Shown here piece after piece: positions 16,611-27,124 of a stretch of 64,000 nucleotides of DNA. Under the pieces are notes generated by a model that was not told where the DNA came from, made no database searches, and saw only the letters and a program-made list of their open reading frames with translations. The translations under genes were made by a program, and so were the position numbers. Each line of letters starts with the position of its first letter. Position 1 is the stretch's first letter. Where the stretch lies: sequence record PV805638.1; one strand, 5' to 3'. The DNA comes from a phage.

Positions 16611-19175
16611 ATGTTAGTCGCAGATTCCAATCAATCAGCCACTTCAGCGACACTGGGTGGCAAAGAAGCAATCGCCTTTGGCATCTCTGATGACCCGGCA
16701 TTCTTTCACGTATTAAGTACTTCCTTATATAACAACCCTACACTGGCAGTAGTCCGTGAGACTATCTGTAATAGTTGGGATGCTCATATTGAAGCAGGTA
16801 AGACTGATACTCCTATCCGTATCACTATTGATACTGACAATTTTATTACCTTCCGTGACTTCGGTAACGGGATACCAGATGAACTCATTGGTTCCATTTA
16901 TGGCGTCTATGGTGCATCTACCAAGAAGTCCAACAGTAGTGTTACTGGTGGCTTTGGCCTGGGATGTAAATCCCCATTCGCTTATACAGATAGCTTCCAG
17001 GTTACTTCATGGAACCAGGGAAAGATGTCGGTATATAACGTAGCTAAGGCTGCAATTGAGAATGATGGTAAACCGGGTATTGTTCCTATCGTTACTGGTA
17101 TTCCTACTAAGGAATCTGGTCTGGAAGTTAAATTCCAGCTAGGTAAACATGATGTGAATACCTTTGTGCATTACATCACGTCAATTGTATTTAACGGTGA
17201 AATTAAGGCTGAGCTTAGTCTTCCCAAACTTGTTCGTGAAGAAACGGGTAATAGTATTCAGCAGGGTAACTATACTCTACTGAATACACTAGGTATGTCA
17301 TTTGAACCTGGTTCATATGATATGTCTGATAGATGGTATCAAGGATATATGAGTAGCAGTAACATCTTTGTTCGCTACGGTAACGTAATGTACCCAATAG
17401 TATCTAGCCCGGCTAGTGAAGAAGCTGTAGGTCTTATTCTCAACTTCATGAATATCATTGGAGCTGATAATTTAGTAGTTCAGGCTGCACCAAATACACT
17501 AGCGATTGCTCCTAGTCGTGAAACTCTGTCTAACCAGAAGTTAACCGACGACGGCATTACTGCTCTATGTGTAGACTTAGTAGACCGTATGGAGAAAGAG
17601 ATTAAGGCTAAGATTCCTGAAGCTATTAAGCAGATTGAAGAATATGCCTCCCAATCTTCTACTCGTTACTGGGAATATCCATCTTTCTTGGGTGCTGTTA
17701 CATACAGAACTGTTCAACGCTATATGTCCTCTAGCTTGTGGGCTAAGCAACGTAAGCATCATATTAAGCACTGGCGTAATCTATCCAATAAGGCATTACT
17801 AGCTCGCCCTGAATATGCAGGTCTTAAGAGAATGTATGGTAAGGCTATGCGTGCTCTTAAGGATACCCGTAAAGATAGTACCAACCATTCTTTCCAGGAT
17901 TTGGTATATCGACATCTGCACTTACCTCAGCTTGCTGCTTTAAAAGCTACTGGTGTTAAGTGGTCTGGTTACATAATGAACCAGGGTAACAGTGTTGGCC
18001 TGGTAAAAGGTAAACTTACTGACTACTTTAAGATGGGCTATAACTCCCACCTAGGTATCGGTATATTCACTACCAAGAACGTTGTAGTTACCCGACGTTT
18101 CTCTGACTGTGCAGACTCTTTCTCATACTTCCCAGAGTACAACCGAGGTGACCTGGAGCGTACAGCTTTTGTTCACGTCGTTGGTCCTAAGAAGGGAGAA
18201 GCAGAAAAAGCTGTAGCTAAGTTCACTGCTATGGGTTATCGGGTAATTGACCTTACTCAATATAATGAGTGGGACAAGCCAACTAACTTCCGCAGGGAAC
18301 AAGCTAAGTTAGCTGCCGAGAAGCGTGCTAAGACAATAGCTGCCAATAAAACCAAAGTAAGCGGTAAAACTAATGCACTGGTTTCATTGAATGCAGTACT
18401 TGGTACTACTCTTGTACGAGATAAAAGTGGTGATTTGGTAACTAAACCGGTCATTGACAAGGCTTTTGCTGACCCAGCACGCCATGAGAAGTATGGTTTC
18501 GTCGAAGTAGAACAGCCTAAGTACTACGTACCAGCCAGTCAGGTTGTTTCTGGTAGACCAGAAACTGCCAAGATTGGAACCATGTGGAAATGGTATGAAC
18601 TGTCTGATGAGATGAAAGCAGGAACTGTTGTCTGTCGTAATCAAATCGAAGTTAACAAAGCCAAACGTCGTGGGGCTATTCACATTGACGATATTCGTCT
18701 TAATGAATTGATGTCTGTTATTACCAGCAAGGGATTCAAGAAGTACGCCACTGAACAACGTAATGGTGTTCTTGAGTATCTTGATTTAAATGACAAAGAG
18801 TACTGTGAAATCCTCGATATTCTTGGACTAACATTCAAACCATTACAGAGTCTGGTTCTTAAACCAGAGTATGAATGGGCATGTAACTTCCTAAGAAATC
18901 ATTCAAGTAACAAAGATAAACTGGTTGAGATGGGCCTCATTAAGTCAGTAGATGACTTGGAACCATATGTAAAGATGGTTAATCCTCGTATGCATAAGCA
19001 TTTCAAAGTACTTAACGAGTACAAAGGGTTATTTAGATATAGCTGGAATGATAATGACATCCTGCAAAGCCTGGATTTGAGTAGATTAATCAAACATCTC
19101 AAGAAAAATCCGGAGGATATTCCTGGATTTAAGTCCCTCTACCGTAATCGTCTAAATAAACTGAAAGGTAACTAA
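16611..19175 (+). CDS. rIIA: rIIA-like protein (N-terminal GHKL/Bergerat ATPase fold)
   Basis: 854 aa; N-box ETICNSWDA, G1 DFGNGI, G2 TGGFGLG; size and position as in N4-like phages. Confidence 0.65.
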   Translation: MLVADSNQSATSATLGGKEAIAFGISDDPAFFHVLSTSLYNNPTLAVVRETICNSWDAHIEAGKTDTPIRITIDTDNFITFRDFGNGIPDELIGSIYGVYGASTKKSNSSVTGGFGLGCKSPFAYTDSFQVTSWNQGKMSVYNVAKAAIENDGKPGIVPIVTGIPTKESGLEVKFQLGKHDVNTFVHYITSIVFNGEIKAELSLPKLVREETGNSIQQGNYTLLNTLGMSFEPGSYDMSDRWYQGYMSSSNIFVRYGNVMYPIVSSPASEEAVGLILNFMNIIGADNLVVQAAPNTLAIAPSRETLSNQKLTDDGITALCVDLVDRMEKEIKAKIPEAIKQIEEYASQSSTRYWEYPSFLGAVTYRTVQRYMSSSLWAKQRKHHIKHWRNLSNKALLARPEYAGLKRMYGKAMRALKDTRKDSTNHSFQDLVYRHLHLPQLAALKATGVKWSGYIMNQGNSVGLVKGKLTDYFKMGYNSHLGIGIFTTKNVVVTRRFSDCADSFSYFPEYNRGDLERTAFVHVVGPKKGEAEKAVAKFTAMGYRVIDLTQYNEWDKPTNFRREQAKLAAEKRAKTIAANKTKVSGKTNALVSLNAVLGTTLVRDKSGDLVTKPVIDKAFADPARHEKYGFVEVEQPKYYVPASQVVSGRPETAKIGTMWKWYELSDEMKAGTVVCRNQIEVNKAKRRGAIHIDDIRLNELMSVITSKGFKKYATEQRNGVLEYLDLNDKEYCEILDILGLTFKPLQSLVLKPEYEWACNFLRNHSSNKDKLVEMGLIKSVDDLEPYVKMVNPRMHKHFKVLNEYKGLFRYSWNDNDILQSLDLSRLIKHLKKNPEDIPGFKSLYRNRLNKLKGN

Positions 19176-19179
19176 TCTG

Positions 19180-21231
19180 ATGAAAATCGAACTGATTTCT
19201 ATCATCGCACTGGCAGTTGACAGTCGTAACCTTACACTGTGGAAGCCAGATGGCTCTACGGTTGTATACCCTCAGAGCGACCCACGGGTTGCTCGTATTG
19301 TATCTGAAGCACAGACTAAAGGTCTGGGCACTACCCAGGATCAAATAGAAGTAAACATTGCACCAGAAGTAGAACTTCGTACTGAATACCTGGAAGCAGA
19401 GAAAAACACCAACGGATTCGTTCGTTTCTTTAAGGTAGCTAAAGCTAAACTCAAAGAGTTCTTCGAAGATGGTACGGGTGTTTCACCAGCCCGTATCGTC
19501 TCAGATATTAAGCTAGGTAATCCTACTAAGACGCTGGTGTCTAAAGCTATGGATACCTACCTGGCTATTCAGGCTAATGAACCAGAAGTAACAGTAGCAG
19601 ATGGTTACTACGACAAACGTGACAATCTGATGTGGGTTACTGGTTGGGATAAAGACCATAACCATCTTGCACTGGTTCGTTTTATTAACGACGTACTTTG
19701 TTGGAGTCATAAGCATACTGATCATATTCTTGCACAGGAGTGGCCTATTGCAATTCGTGCAGTATCCGATGATGAAATGGGTGAGTTTGCTAAACAAGCC
19801 CAATACATCAAAGGTGTACACATTGTATTTACCAACCGTGGGGAAACACCACTGCCTTATGTGGAAGTGGTTAAAACTACGAACCAGGATAAGCTGGCTG
19901 CTGCTTCAGAGAAGCTGGCTGCATTAGGTGCTATCAGTACCGATGATGCTAACTTCCATACTGATGTGAAGGAAGACGAGGTGGTTGTTGCTGTTACCAA
20001 TAGTGGGGTTATCCCTGGAGTTGAGAACCTGCAACGTCATCTACGTCAGTCTGCCAAGCTGAAAGACTATAAGGGCTTTACCAAGTTCCTTGAGCGTCTG
20101 GCTCCGGTTATCAAAGACCGTCTGCACTCAGTGGAAGACCTGATGAAGTTCATGGAAACTGCTGAACTGCCTATCGCTGATGATGGCTCCATCCTGTTTC
20201 TGAAACGACTTAAGATCAAAGGCGAAGAAAATGGTAAACGTGTATTCGTTGACTGTCACTCAGGCAACATCCGTCAATGGGTAGGCTGTAAAGTACAGGT
20301 ACGAGAAGACCTGGTAGACCCTGACCGTCGTCGGGACTGCTCCAATGGCCTGCACGTAGCATCCATGAGCTACATCCGCACCTTCGGTGGTAACGTAACT
20401 ATCCTAGGTAAAGTAGCACCAGAAGATGTATTTGCTGTTCCTGAGTACAACACTAATAAGATGCGTGTAGCTGCGTATCACATTATTGCTGAACTACCGG
20501 AAGAGGAACGTTGCAACGTTAACAATGGTATCTATCTGTCTAATACAGAAGTAGGTAAGAAGTTACTTAATGATGCCATCGTTGGGAACCATAGTTCACC
20601 TACCACACTTGTTATGGTTGGCGGACATCGTGGCACTAACCTCAAATACACCAATCTATCATCTGGTTCCGTAGAACAATTCCGTACAGTTGCTAATAAA
20701 GAGGCACTGAATATGGAAGAGTCACTGAATGAAGCTTTAGCTGCTGAACCAGTGAAGGCTACTGACCTTAAACCTATTGTTAATAAGGCTCCTACCGTGA
20801 AAGAACAAATCCAGGAACTGATTAAAGAGTTCCTTAACGCAACTACTCCGGAAGATAAATTAGCTGCTGCTGACTTACTTGTGGAAATGCGAGGTAAGGC
20901 TCGTAAGCCATGGGCTGCTTTAGGTGTTGGTTCTGATGTGGTGGCTAAGATTGCTGATGTACGTACAACCTACACAGCTAAACCTATTGGCAAACCAAAA
21001 CCAGTGAAGCAAGCTAAGGTTCATCGCTCGGCTACTGCCACTAAGGTAGCACCGTCAGGTAAACACGCTGATAACCTGCGTAGCATCCTGAACGATACGT
21101 CCTACTCTGACTATCAGAAAGGTCATGCTCTGCAAGACTATAAGCGTCATGCTAAGAAGTCATTCACTGCAATGGGACTGACAGAAGAAGAAGCTAAGTT
21201 GGCTACCAAGCTGGTCAAGGCCGTTAAGTAA
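19180..21231 (+). CDS. rIIB: rIIB-like protein
   Basis: 683 aa, immediately downstream of rIIA (synteny only). Confidence 0.5.
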   Translation: MKIELISIIALAVDSRNLTLWKPDGSTVVYPQSDPRVARIVSEAQTKGLGTTQDQIEVNIAPEVELRTEYLEAEKNTNGFVRFFKVAKAKLKEFFEDGTGVSPARIVSDIKLGNPTKTLVSKAMDTYLAIQANEPEVTVADGYYDKRDNLMWVTGWDKDHNHLALVRFINDVLCWSHKHTDHILAQEWPIAIRAVSDDEMGEFAKQAQYIKGVHIVFTNRGETPLPYVEVVKTTNQDKLAAASEKLAALGAISTDDANFHTDVKEDEVVVAVTNSGVIPGVENLQRHLRQSAKLKDYKGFTKFLERLAPVIKDRLHSVEDLMKFMETAELPIADDGSILFLKRLKIKGEENGKRVFVDCHSGNIRQWVGCKVQVREDLVDPDRRRDCSNGLHVASMSYIRTFGGNVTILGKVAPEDVFAVPEYNTNKMRVAAYHIIAELPEEERCNVNNGIYLSNTEVGKKLLNDAIVGNHSSPTTLVMVGGHRGTNLKYTNLSSGSVEQFRTVANKEALNMEESLNEALAAEPVKATDLKPIVNKAPTVKEQIQELIKEFLNATTPEDKLAAADLLVEMRGKARKPWAALGVGSDVVAKIADVRTTYTAKPIGKPKPVKQAKVHRSATATKVAPSGKHADNLRSILNDTSYSDYQKGHALQDYKRHAKKSFTAMGLTEEEAKLATKLVKAVK

Positions 21232-21246
21232 TAGCCTGTTCAAATG

Positions 21247-21270
21247 CCCTCACTTATAATAAAGTGAGGG
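21247..21270 (+). terminator. terminator-like hairpin (weak U-tract)
   Basis: 8-bp stem CCCTCACT/AGTGAGGG with 8-nt loop, after rIIB. Confidence 0.4.
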
Positions 21271-21293
21271 TAAATTTGAAGAGGAAATGTACT

Positions 21294-21689
21294 ATGAGTT
21301 CTGTATACAGAGTTAATCGCAAAGCAACTGATGAAGACATCATTCGTATGAATGCTGTTGGTCTGTCCCTCGCAACTATCGCTAAGACGTTAGGGGTTCA
21401 CCCCACTACGGTTACTCTGCGATTGCGTTCTTTAAACATTGAACCTGCCGACACACGTCGGACGTTCATGGAGAATGTACTCCGTCCATTACCAACCCAT
21501 GTGGTAGATTGGCTATCAGAGCAAGTTGGTCCTGCTTATGAGATTCGTTCATATGTAAGGGACTTGATTCTGGAGGCATATAATAATCGCCACCTTAACC
21601 AAGAGAGTGAGCATGACAAGTTCATCCGTTTGTACGCTGGAAAACACACGGCAATGGTTTCTAAAAGCCGTACCGAATCCGACGAGTAA
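21294..21689 (+). CDS. putative helix-turn-helix DNA-binding protein
   Basis: AAGAGGAAA RBS; MNAVGLSLATIAKTLGVHPTTV HTH-like segment. Confidence 0.5.
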   Translation: MSSVYRVNRKATDEDIIRMNAVGLSLATIAKTLGVHPTTVTLRLRSLNIEPADTRRTFMENVLRPLPTHVVDWLSEQVGPAYEIRSYVRDLILEAYNNRHLNQESEHDKFIRLYAGKHTAMVSKSRTESDE

Positions 21690-22065
21690 GAATATTAGTA
21701 CCCAGATTGGTTGCCATCTGGAAGAAGTAGCAGAAATGCTAAACGCTATTACCAGTAAAACACCAGAGCGTGCCTCACAGATCGAGGCACTACGTGCAGC
21801 AATTGACCATGTGGGTAATCTGCTTAAAAAAGATAACAATATTGTTATCAAAGACTCAGTAGAACTACTGGACTCACTGGCAGATCAGATCGTTACAGCA
21901 ACTGGCGTCGGTACTTTCCTTGGGATGAATGTCCCTGGAGCATTGGCTGAGGTCAATCGCTCAAACTATTCCAAGTTCGAAGATGGAGAACCTATCTTCA
22001 ACGAGAACAAGAAAGTCATGAAGGGGAAAGATTATACTCCCCCGGATTTAACACCTTACATCTAA
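21607..22065 (+). CDS. MazG-like nucleoside triphosphate pyrophosphohydrolase (start uncertain)
   Basis: HLEEVAEML, ELLDSLADQIV, NRSNYSKF blocks; the only in-frame ATGs are 21607 (83-nt overlap with upstream gene) or 21736. Confidence 0.5.
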   Translation: MSMTSSSVCTLENTRQWFLKAVPNPTSKNISTQIGCHLEEVAEMLNAITSKTPERASQIEALRAAIDHVGNLLKKDNNIVIKDSVELLDSLADQIVTATGVGTFLGMNVPGALAEVNRSNYSKFEDGEPIFNENKKVMKGKDYTPPDLTPYI

Positions 22066-22086
22066 CCCTCTACGGAGGGTTTTTTA
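22065..22086 (+). terminator. rho-independent terminator
   Basis: ACCCTC-TACG-GAGGGT followed by TTTTTT. Confidence 0.65.
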
Positions 22087-22098
22087 CTGGAGATTTAA

Positions 22099-23408
22099 AT
22101 GTTTTCCAAACCTACCAAAGCCCCATTGAACCAGGGGCAAGAAGCGGTTGCGAAGGAGTTCTTCGACTTCCTGCTCGACCCTAATGCCACAGAGTTCGGA
22201 ATCAGTGGACCTGGGGGGACTGGTAAGACATTCCTGATGTCGCACCTAATTGATGACACTATGCCTGCGTATATGGAAACCTGTTCTCTGATGGGAACCA
22301 AGCCTCTGTATAACGAAGTTGTCATGACTGCGACCACGAACAAAGCTGCTGAAGTTCTGGCTCAAGCTACTGGGCGTCCAACGTCTACCTATCACTCCTT
22401 CCAGGGACTGATTGTTAAGAATGACTTTAAGACTGGTGAGGCTAATGTCGTACCGTCTAAGTCATTCTCTATTAAGAAGAACAAAATCATCTTCGTAGAC
22501 GAAGCATCCATGATTGACCGTCAGTTACTTAGGTATGCTCGTGAAGGTACTCACCAGTGCAAACTGGTATTCGTAGGCGATGCTTCTCAGCTTCTACCTG
22601 TTAAAGAGAGTAAGTCTCCAGTGTACGCAGGTAATATCCCAACACACTATCTGACTGAACAGATGCGTACCGATTCACCAGACTCAAAGCGTTGCATCAG
22701 CAATTGCGTGATACGGTGGAAGGTAAGACAGGCTTCCTGCCTATTAAATGTATTCCAGGCATTATTGACTGGGTGCAAGGGGAAGAGATGGAGAAACTGG
22801 TTCTCAGTCACTTCACTCAGCCTACCAATAGCCGTATTGTTGCTTACACCAATGACCAGGTTATTAATTACAATAACTACATTCGTGAAGCTAATGGCTA
22901 CGTAGGTGAATACTCCATTGGTGAACAACTAGTTTCTAACTCAGCTGTTCGCTTGGGCGGGGAAGACCGTCTGTCTATTGAGCAGGACGTAAAACTCATC
23001 GACCAGGATAGTAGTACTCGAATGATTAAGGTTACAGGTGACCTGGAACTGGAAGTCCGTGATAGTACTCTAGACCTTGGTTATGGTGGTATTGTTAGTG
23101 AAGTACCAATTCCTACCGACCCAGACTACTTCAACCGTTTGGTTAAGTGGTTAGGTAAAGAGAAGAACTGGGAACCTTACTTCCGTCTTAAAGAAACTAT
23201 TCCAGACCTGCGTGCTACTCATGCATGTACTGTTCATAAATCACAAGGCTCTACTTACGACACAATCTTCATTGATGCAGATGACCTCTCAAGCTGTCGC
23301 CAACCTGATATGGTTGCCCGTCTGCTTTACGTCGCTGTGTCTCGTGCCCGTAAGCGAGTAGTGTTCTATGGCAATCTTGCCAGTAAGTACGGTGGCCTAA
23401 CTTTCTAA
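22099..23408 (+). CDS. Dda/RecD-like SF1 DNA helicase, split between two reading frames (-1 shift near 22685..22695)
   Basis: Walker A GPGGTGKT and Walker B FVDEASM in frame 1 (to about 22690); helicase C-terminal motif VHKSQGSTYD...VAVSRAR in ORF 22692..23408. Confidence 0.6.
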
Positions 23409-23418
23409 GGGAGGGTAT

Positions 23419-23949
23419 ATGCCTCAGATTGGTTCAGCGACTATTGGTCAGGTTGCCAATAGCAGTGAGATAGTCAAACACCTGTTCTTAGCAGAACTGG
23501 TTCGTCTTGATGGTGTGTTAAATGGCATTATTGATAAGAATGATCGTATCAATGGCGTAGACGTATCGGCTGGATTCCTTCACCAAGGGGAGTTCTATCA
23601 GCGTTCCAATGCTACCAGACCCCCAACCTACGGTGAGCGATTAACGCTTAATCCAGAACTTTGGCCTGCAATGGACAAGTATCTGAAAGCCTCCAGTCGT
23701 CTGATTATGGAAGTACACCTTGTGAACCAGACTGTATATCGACTGGTTCGTGGTTGTATGTCCTATCAGGATGTACGTGATGCTCTACCTGAATGTCTGG
23801 TAGCACAAGACCAGACTGGTCAGTACAAAGGACTACCACGTACTCGTGAAGCAGCATGGACTCTTGCTGGTGATGCTATGGCAATCAAACAGTATGAGAA
23901 GATTCTTCCTTCTATTGAGTACTATGCAGCTTCACATCTGATCTTCTAA
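23419..23949 (+). CDS. hypothetical protein
   Basis: 176 aa, GGAGGG RBS. Confidence 0.5.
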   Translation: MPQIGSATIGQVANSSEIVKHLFLAELVRLDGVLNGIIDKNDRINGVDVSAGFLHQGEFYQRSNATRPPTYGERLTLNPELWPAMDKYLKASSRLIMEVHLVNQTVYRLVRGCMSYQDVRDALPECLVAQDQTGQYKGLPRTREAAWTLAGDAMAIKQYEKILPSIEYYAASHLIF

Positions 23950-23958
23950 GGTAAAGCT

Positions 23959-26538
23959 ATGCGTTACATCACCTCTCAGGATACTGGCAAGTATCCTATT
24001 GCTATCCTCGGTCATCAAATCCGAAGGGAGGAGATGATTAAAACCTACCTGCTGCCTTATGACCTAAGCATGGAAGATTTCATCTTCCTTGAACTTCATT
24101 CTGCCCCAGGCAAAAAGAAGACCCCTGCAAGGGAGATTAAGGAGTTCATTCAGCAGGAACTGCAACAAGTACTGGATGATGCAGAGACTCAATACATTAT
24201 CTGTACCGATTCTGACTACTTTAAAATACTGACTAAGGAAGCTAAAGCAGAAGCTAACCTCGGCTATGTTTGTGATTCGGTATGGGGTAAGCAGAAGGTT
24301 ATCTATACACCCAGCTACAGACAGGTCTTCTACGACCCACCTGTAGTAAAGGCCAAGATTGCTCAGGGTATGGATGCATTACTTAACCACATCCGGGGAC
24401 AGTATGCTGAACCAGGGCAGGGAATAATTGAGTTTGAAGCCTACCCAGATACACCCGAAAAGATTAAAGCCTGGTTGGACCAGTTGCTTGAGATGAATAA
24501 GCCTCTGGCTATAGACATCGAATCGTTCGGTTTAAAGCACTATAACGCAGGTATAGGAACGATTACGTTCTGTTGGAGTAAGACACAAGGCATAGCCTTT
24601 AATGTGGACTATGAGCCGATTAAGGGGGCTACTGAAGCTCCTTATGGGCGTATTAACAGGAACGATGTTGTTCGTAACCTGTTACGTGAGTTCTTCATTA
24701 AGTACACTCAACGGCAGATGTATCACAACATTAGCTATGACGTGTACATACTTATCTATCAGTTATTCATGGATAACCTGATTGATACAGAAGGCTTACT
24801 ACATGGCATGGAAATCATGCTGCGTAATTGGGACTGTACTAAGTTAATCACCTACCTGGCTACTAACAGTTGCGCCGGTAATCACCTTAGTCTGAAAGAA
24901 CAGGCTCAGGAATATGCTGGTAACTATGCTCAGGACGATATTAAAGACATACGTCTTATTCCTAATGAGCAACTGTTACGCTACAACCTCATTGATGGTT
25001 TATGTACGTGGTACACCTACGAGAAGCACTGGGATACTCTCATTGCTGATGACCAACTGGATGTTTACAACAACATCTTTAAACCAGCCTGTGAAGACAT
25101 TATTCAGATGCAGTTAACCGGTATGCCCATGAACATGGAAACCGTTAACCAAGTGGCTGAAGAGATGGAAACTGACAGGAACCAGGCTTTGAAAACTATT
25201 CGTGAATCTAAGCTCATGAAGAATTTCACCCTGATGCTGCGTCAGGAATGGGTAGATGATAAGAATGCTAAGCTTAAGAAGAAGCAGGTAACACTGGCCG
25301 ATTGTGACATTGAGTTTAATCCTAACTCCGGTCCTCAATTACAGAAGCTGTTATTTGATTATATTGGCTTACCGGTTCTTGGTCTTACTAAGAGCAAGCA
25401 ACCTGCTACTGACGGTGACACTATTAAAGCACTGCGTACACATACGCAGAGTGAAGATGTTAAGGAACTGCTCAATGCACTTATCGACTATAAACTTGTG
25501 GATAAGATTATCACTAGTTTTATACCAGCTTTCAGGAATGCCCAACCGGGGCCGGATGGCTGGCACTATCTGTTCGGAAACCTCAATCTGGGAGGCACAG
25601 TCTCCGGCAGGTTATCGGCTTCAGAGCCAAATCTACAAACAATTCCATCCGGCTCTAAATATGCCAAGAAGATTAAGAAATGCTTCGAAGCCCCTCCTGG
25701 CTGGATATTTTGCGGTTTGGACTTCGCCTCGCTGGAAGACAGAATATCTGCATTGACTACTAAAGATCCTCAGAAACTTAAGGTGTATACCGATGGTTAC
25801 GATGGTCATAGTCTTCGTGCGTATGCTTACTTTGGCGAGCAGATGCCAGATATAGTAGACACAGTTGAGTCAATCAATTCTATTCAGACGAAGTACAAGC
25901 ACTTGCGCAGCGATTCTAAAGCCCCAACATTCTTGCTTACCTATGGTGGCACGTATATGGGCTTGATGAAAAACTGTGGCTTCTCAGAAGAGAAAGCTAA
26001 AACAACAGAGAAACGTTATCACGACCTCTATGTAGTTAGTGATATGTGGGTTCAGTCTAAGCTAGACGAAGCTGCTAAGACTGGTTATGTAACTGCTGCA
26101 TTTGGTTTGAGAGTGCGTACTCCTTTACTGGCTCAGGTTTTACGTGGGACATGTAAGACTCCATATGAAGCAGAAGCTGAAGGTAGAACTGCTGGTAATG
26201 CTTTAGGGCAAAGCTGGTGTCTACTGAATAACCGTGCTGGTTCAGAGTTTATGCGTAAAGTCAGAGCCAGTGAGTTCAGATTAGATATACGTCCTAGTAT
26301 TCACATTCATGATGCCCAGTACTTCATGATTCGTGACAATATGGATACCTTGCAATTCACGAACAAGCATTTGGTGGAAGCCGTTAACTGGCAAGACCAT
26401 CCTGATATTGCTCATCCAGAAGTTGGTTTGGGTGGGGAACTATCCTTGTTCTACCCAACGTGGGCTAACGAGATTGAGATTCCAAATCACGCTACCCCAG
26501 AAGAAGTTCATCAAATAATTCAAAAGGCATTCGCATGA
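23959..26538 (+). CDS. family A DNA polymerase with 3'-5' exonuclease domain
   Basis: 859 aa; exo motif DIESFG; RSDSKAPTFLLTYGGTYMGL (motif B-like) and IHIHDAQY (motif C-like). Confidence 0.75.
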   Translation: MRYITSQDTGKYPIAILGHQIRREEMIKTYLLPYDLSMEDFIFLELHSAPGKKKTPAREIKEFIQQELQQVLDDAETQYIICTDSDYFKILTKEAKAEANLGYVCDSVWGKQKVIYTPSYRQVFYDPPVVKAKIAQGMDALLNHIRGQYAEPGQGIIEFEAYPDTPEKIKAWLDQLLEMNKPLAIDIESFGLKHYNAGIGTITFCWSKTQGIAFNVDYEPIKGATEAPYGRINRNDVVRNLLREFFIKYTQRQMYHNISYDVYILIYQLFMDNLIDTEGLLHGMEIMLRNWDCTKLITYLATNSCAGNHLSLKEQAQEYAGNYAQDDIKDIRLIPNEQLLRYNLIDGLCTWYTYEKHWDTLIADDQLDVYNNIFKPACEDIIQMQLTGMPMNMETVNQVAEEMETDRNQALKTIRESKLMKNFTLMLRQEWVDDKNAKLKKKQVTLADCDIEFNPNSGPQLQKLLFDYIGLPVLGLTKSKQPATDGDTIKALRTHTQSEDVKELLNALIDYKLVDKIITSFIPAFRNAQPGPDGWHYLFGNLNLGGTVSGRLSASEPNLQTIPSGSKYAKKIKKCFEAPPGWIFCGLDFASLEDRISALTTKDPQKLKVYTDGYDGHSLRAYAYFGEQMPDIVDTVESINSIQTKYKHLRSDSKAPTFLLTYGGTYMGLMKNCGFSEEKAKTTEKRYHDLYVVSDMWVQSKLDEAAKTGYVTAAFGLRVRTPLLAQVLRGTCKTPYEAEAEGRTAGNALGQSWCLLNNRAGSEFMRKVRASEFRLDIRPSIHIHDAQYFMIRDNMDTLQFTNKHLVEAVNWQDHPDIAHPEVGLGGELSLFYPTWANEIEIPNHATPEEVHQIIQKAFA

Positions 26539-26840
26539 CTAAAAGTACTAAAGAAACCGTCGTCAAAAAATATCATTGGATGGTGGCAGCACAGGTAATC
26601 TTCCAGCTTCCTAAAGCCGATGATGGTTCCCTACTTACCATGAACACAATGCTGCTCACTGACGAACCTCATGTGACTTATAAAGATTTGGCCCGTGTCA
26701 ATCACTCCCTGAAGATTAGTCTGGACCAGCGTTTCGACACCTCAGTTGACCTGAAAGACATTGTTTATCTGTCTATTAACAATCTGGGTCTGATGTCTGA
26801 ACCAGAGTTCCAGGCAAACATGATTCCCAAGGGGGAATAA
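26535..26840 (+). CDS. hypothetical protein
   Basis: 101 aa, ATGA coupling. Confidence 0.45.
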   Translation: MTKSTKETVVKKYHWMVAAQVIFQLPKADDGSLLTMNTMLLTDEPHVTYKDLARVNHSLKISLDQRFDTSVDLKDIVYLSINNLGLMSEPEFQANMIPKGE

Positions 26841-27124
26841 TGACTAAGCTCTCCGGTGGTCTTAATAACTACTATGTAGTTTTAATTAAAAATCCCCAAC
26901 GGAAAGAGCAAGAGCCATATCAAGCAGAGTGTGAGGATATTATCCAAGCACTGGGCATGACCTTCGATGAAGGTTGTGCCTTTAAAGCTCTATGGCGAAA
27001 TGCTGCTGCCCGTATGGGTAATGGTAAACCAGGTAACTCTTCGGTGTACGACTCAGAGAAGATTGTGCATTATGCCAATCGAATATTGAAAAAGGCTTAC
27101 AATGAAAGTAACCAACAACCATGA
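26840..27124 (+). CDS. hypothetical protein
   Basis: 94 aa. Confidence 0.45.
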   Translation: MTKLSGGLNNYYVVLIKNPQRKEQEPYQAECEDIIQALGMTFDEGCAFKALWRNAAARMGNGKPGNSSVYDSEKIVHYANRILKKAYNESNQQP

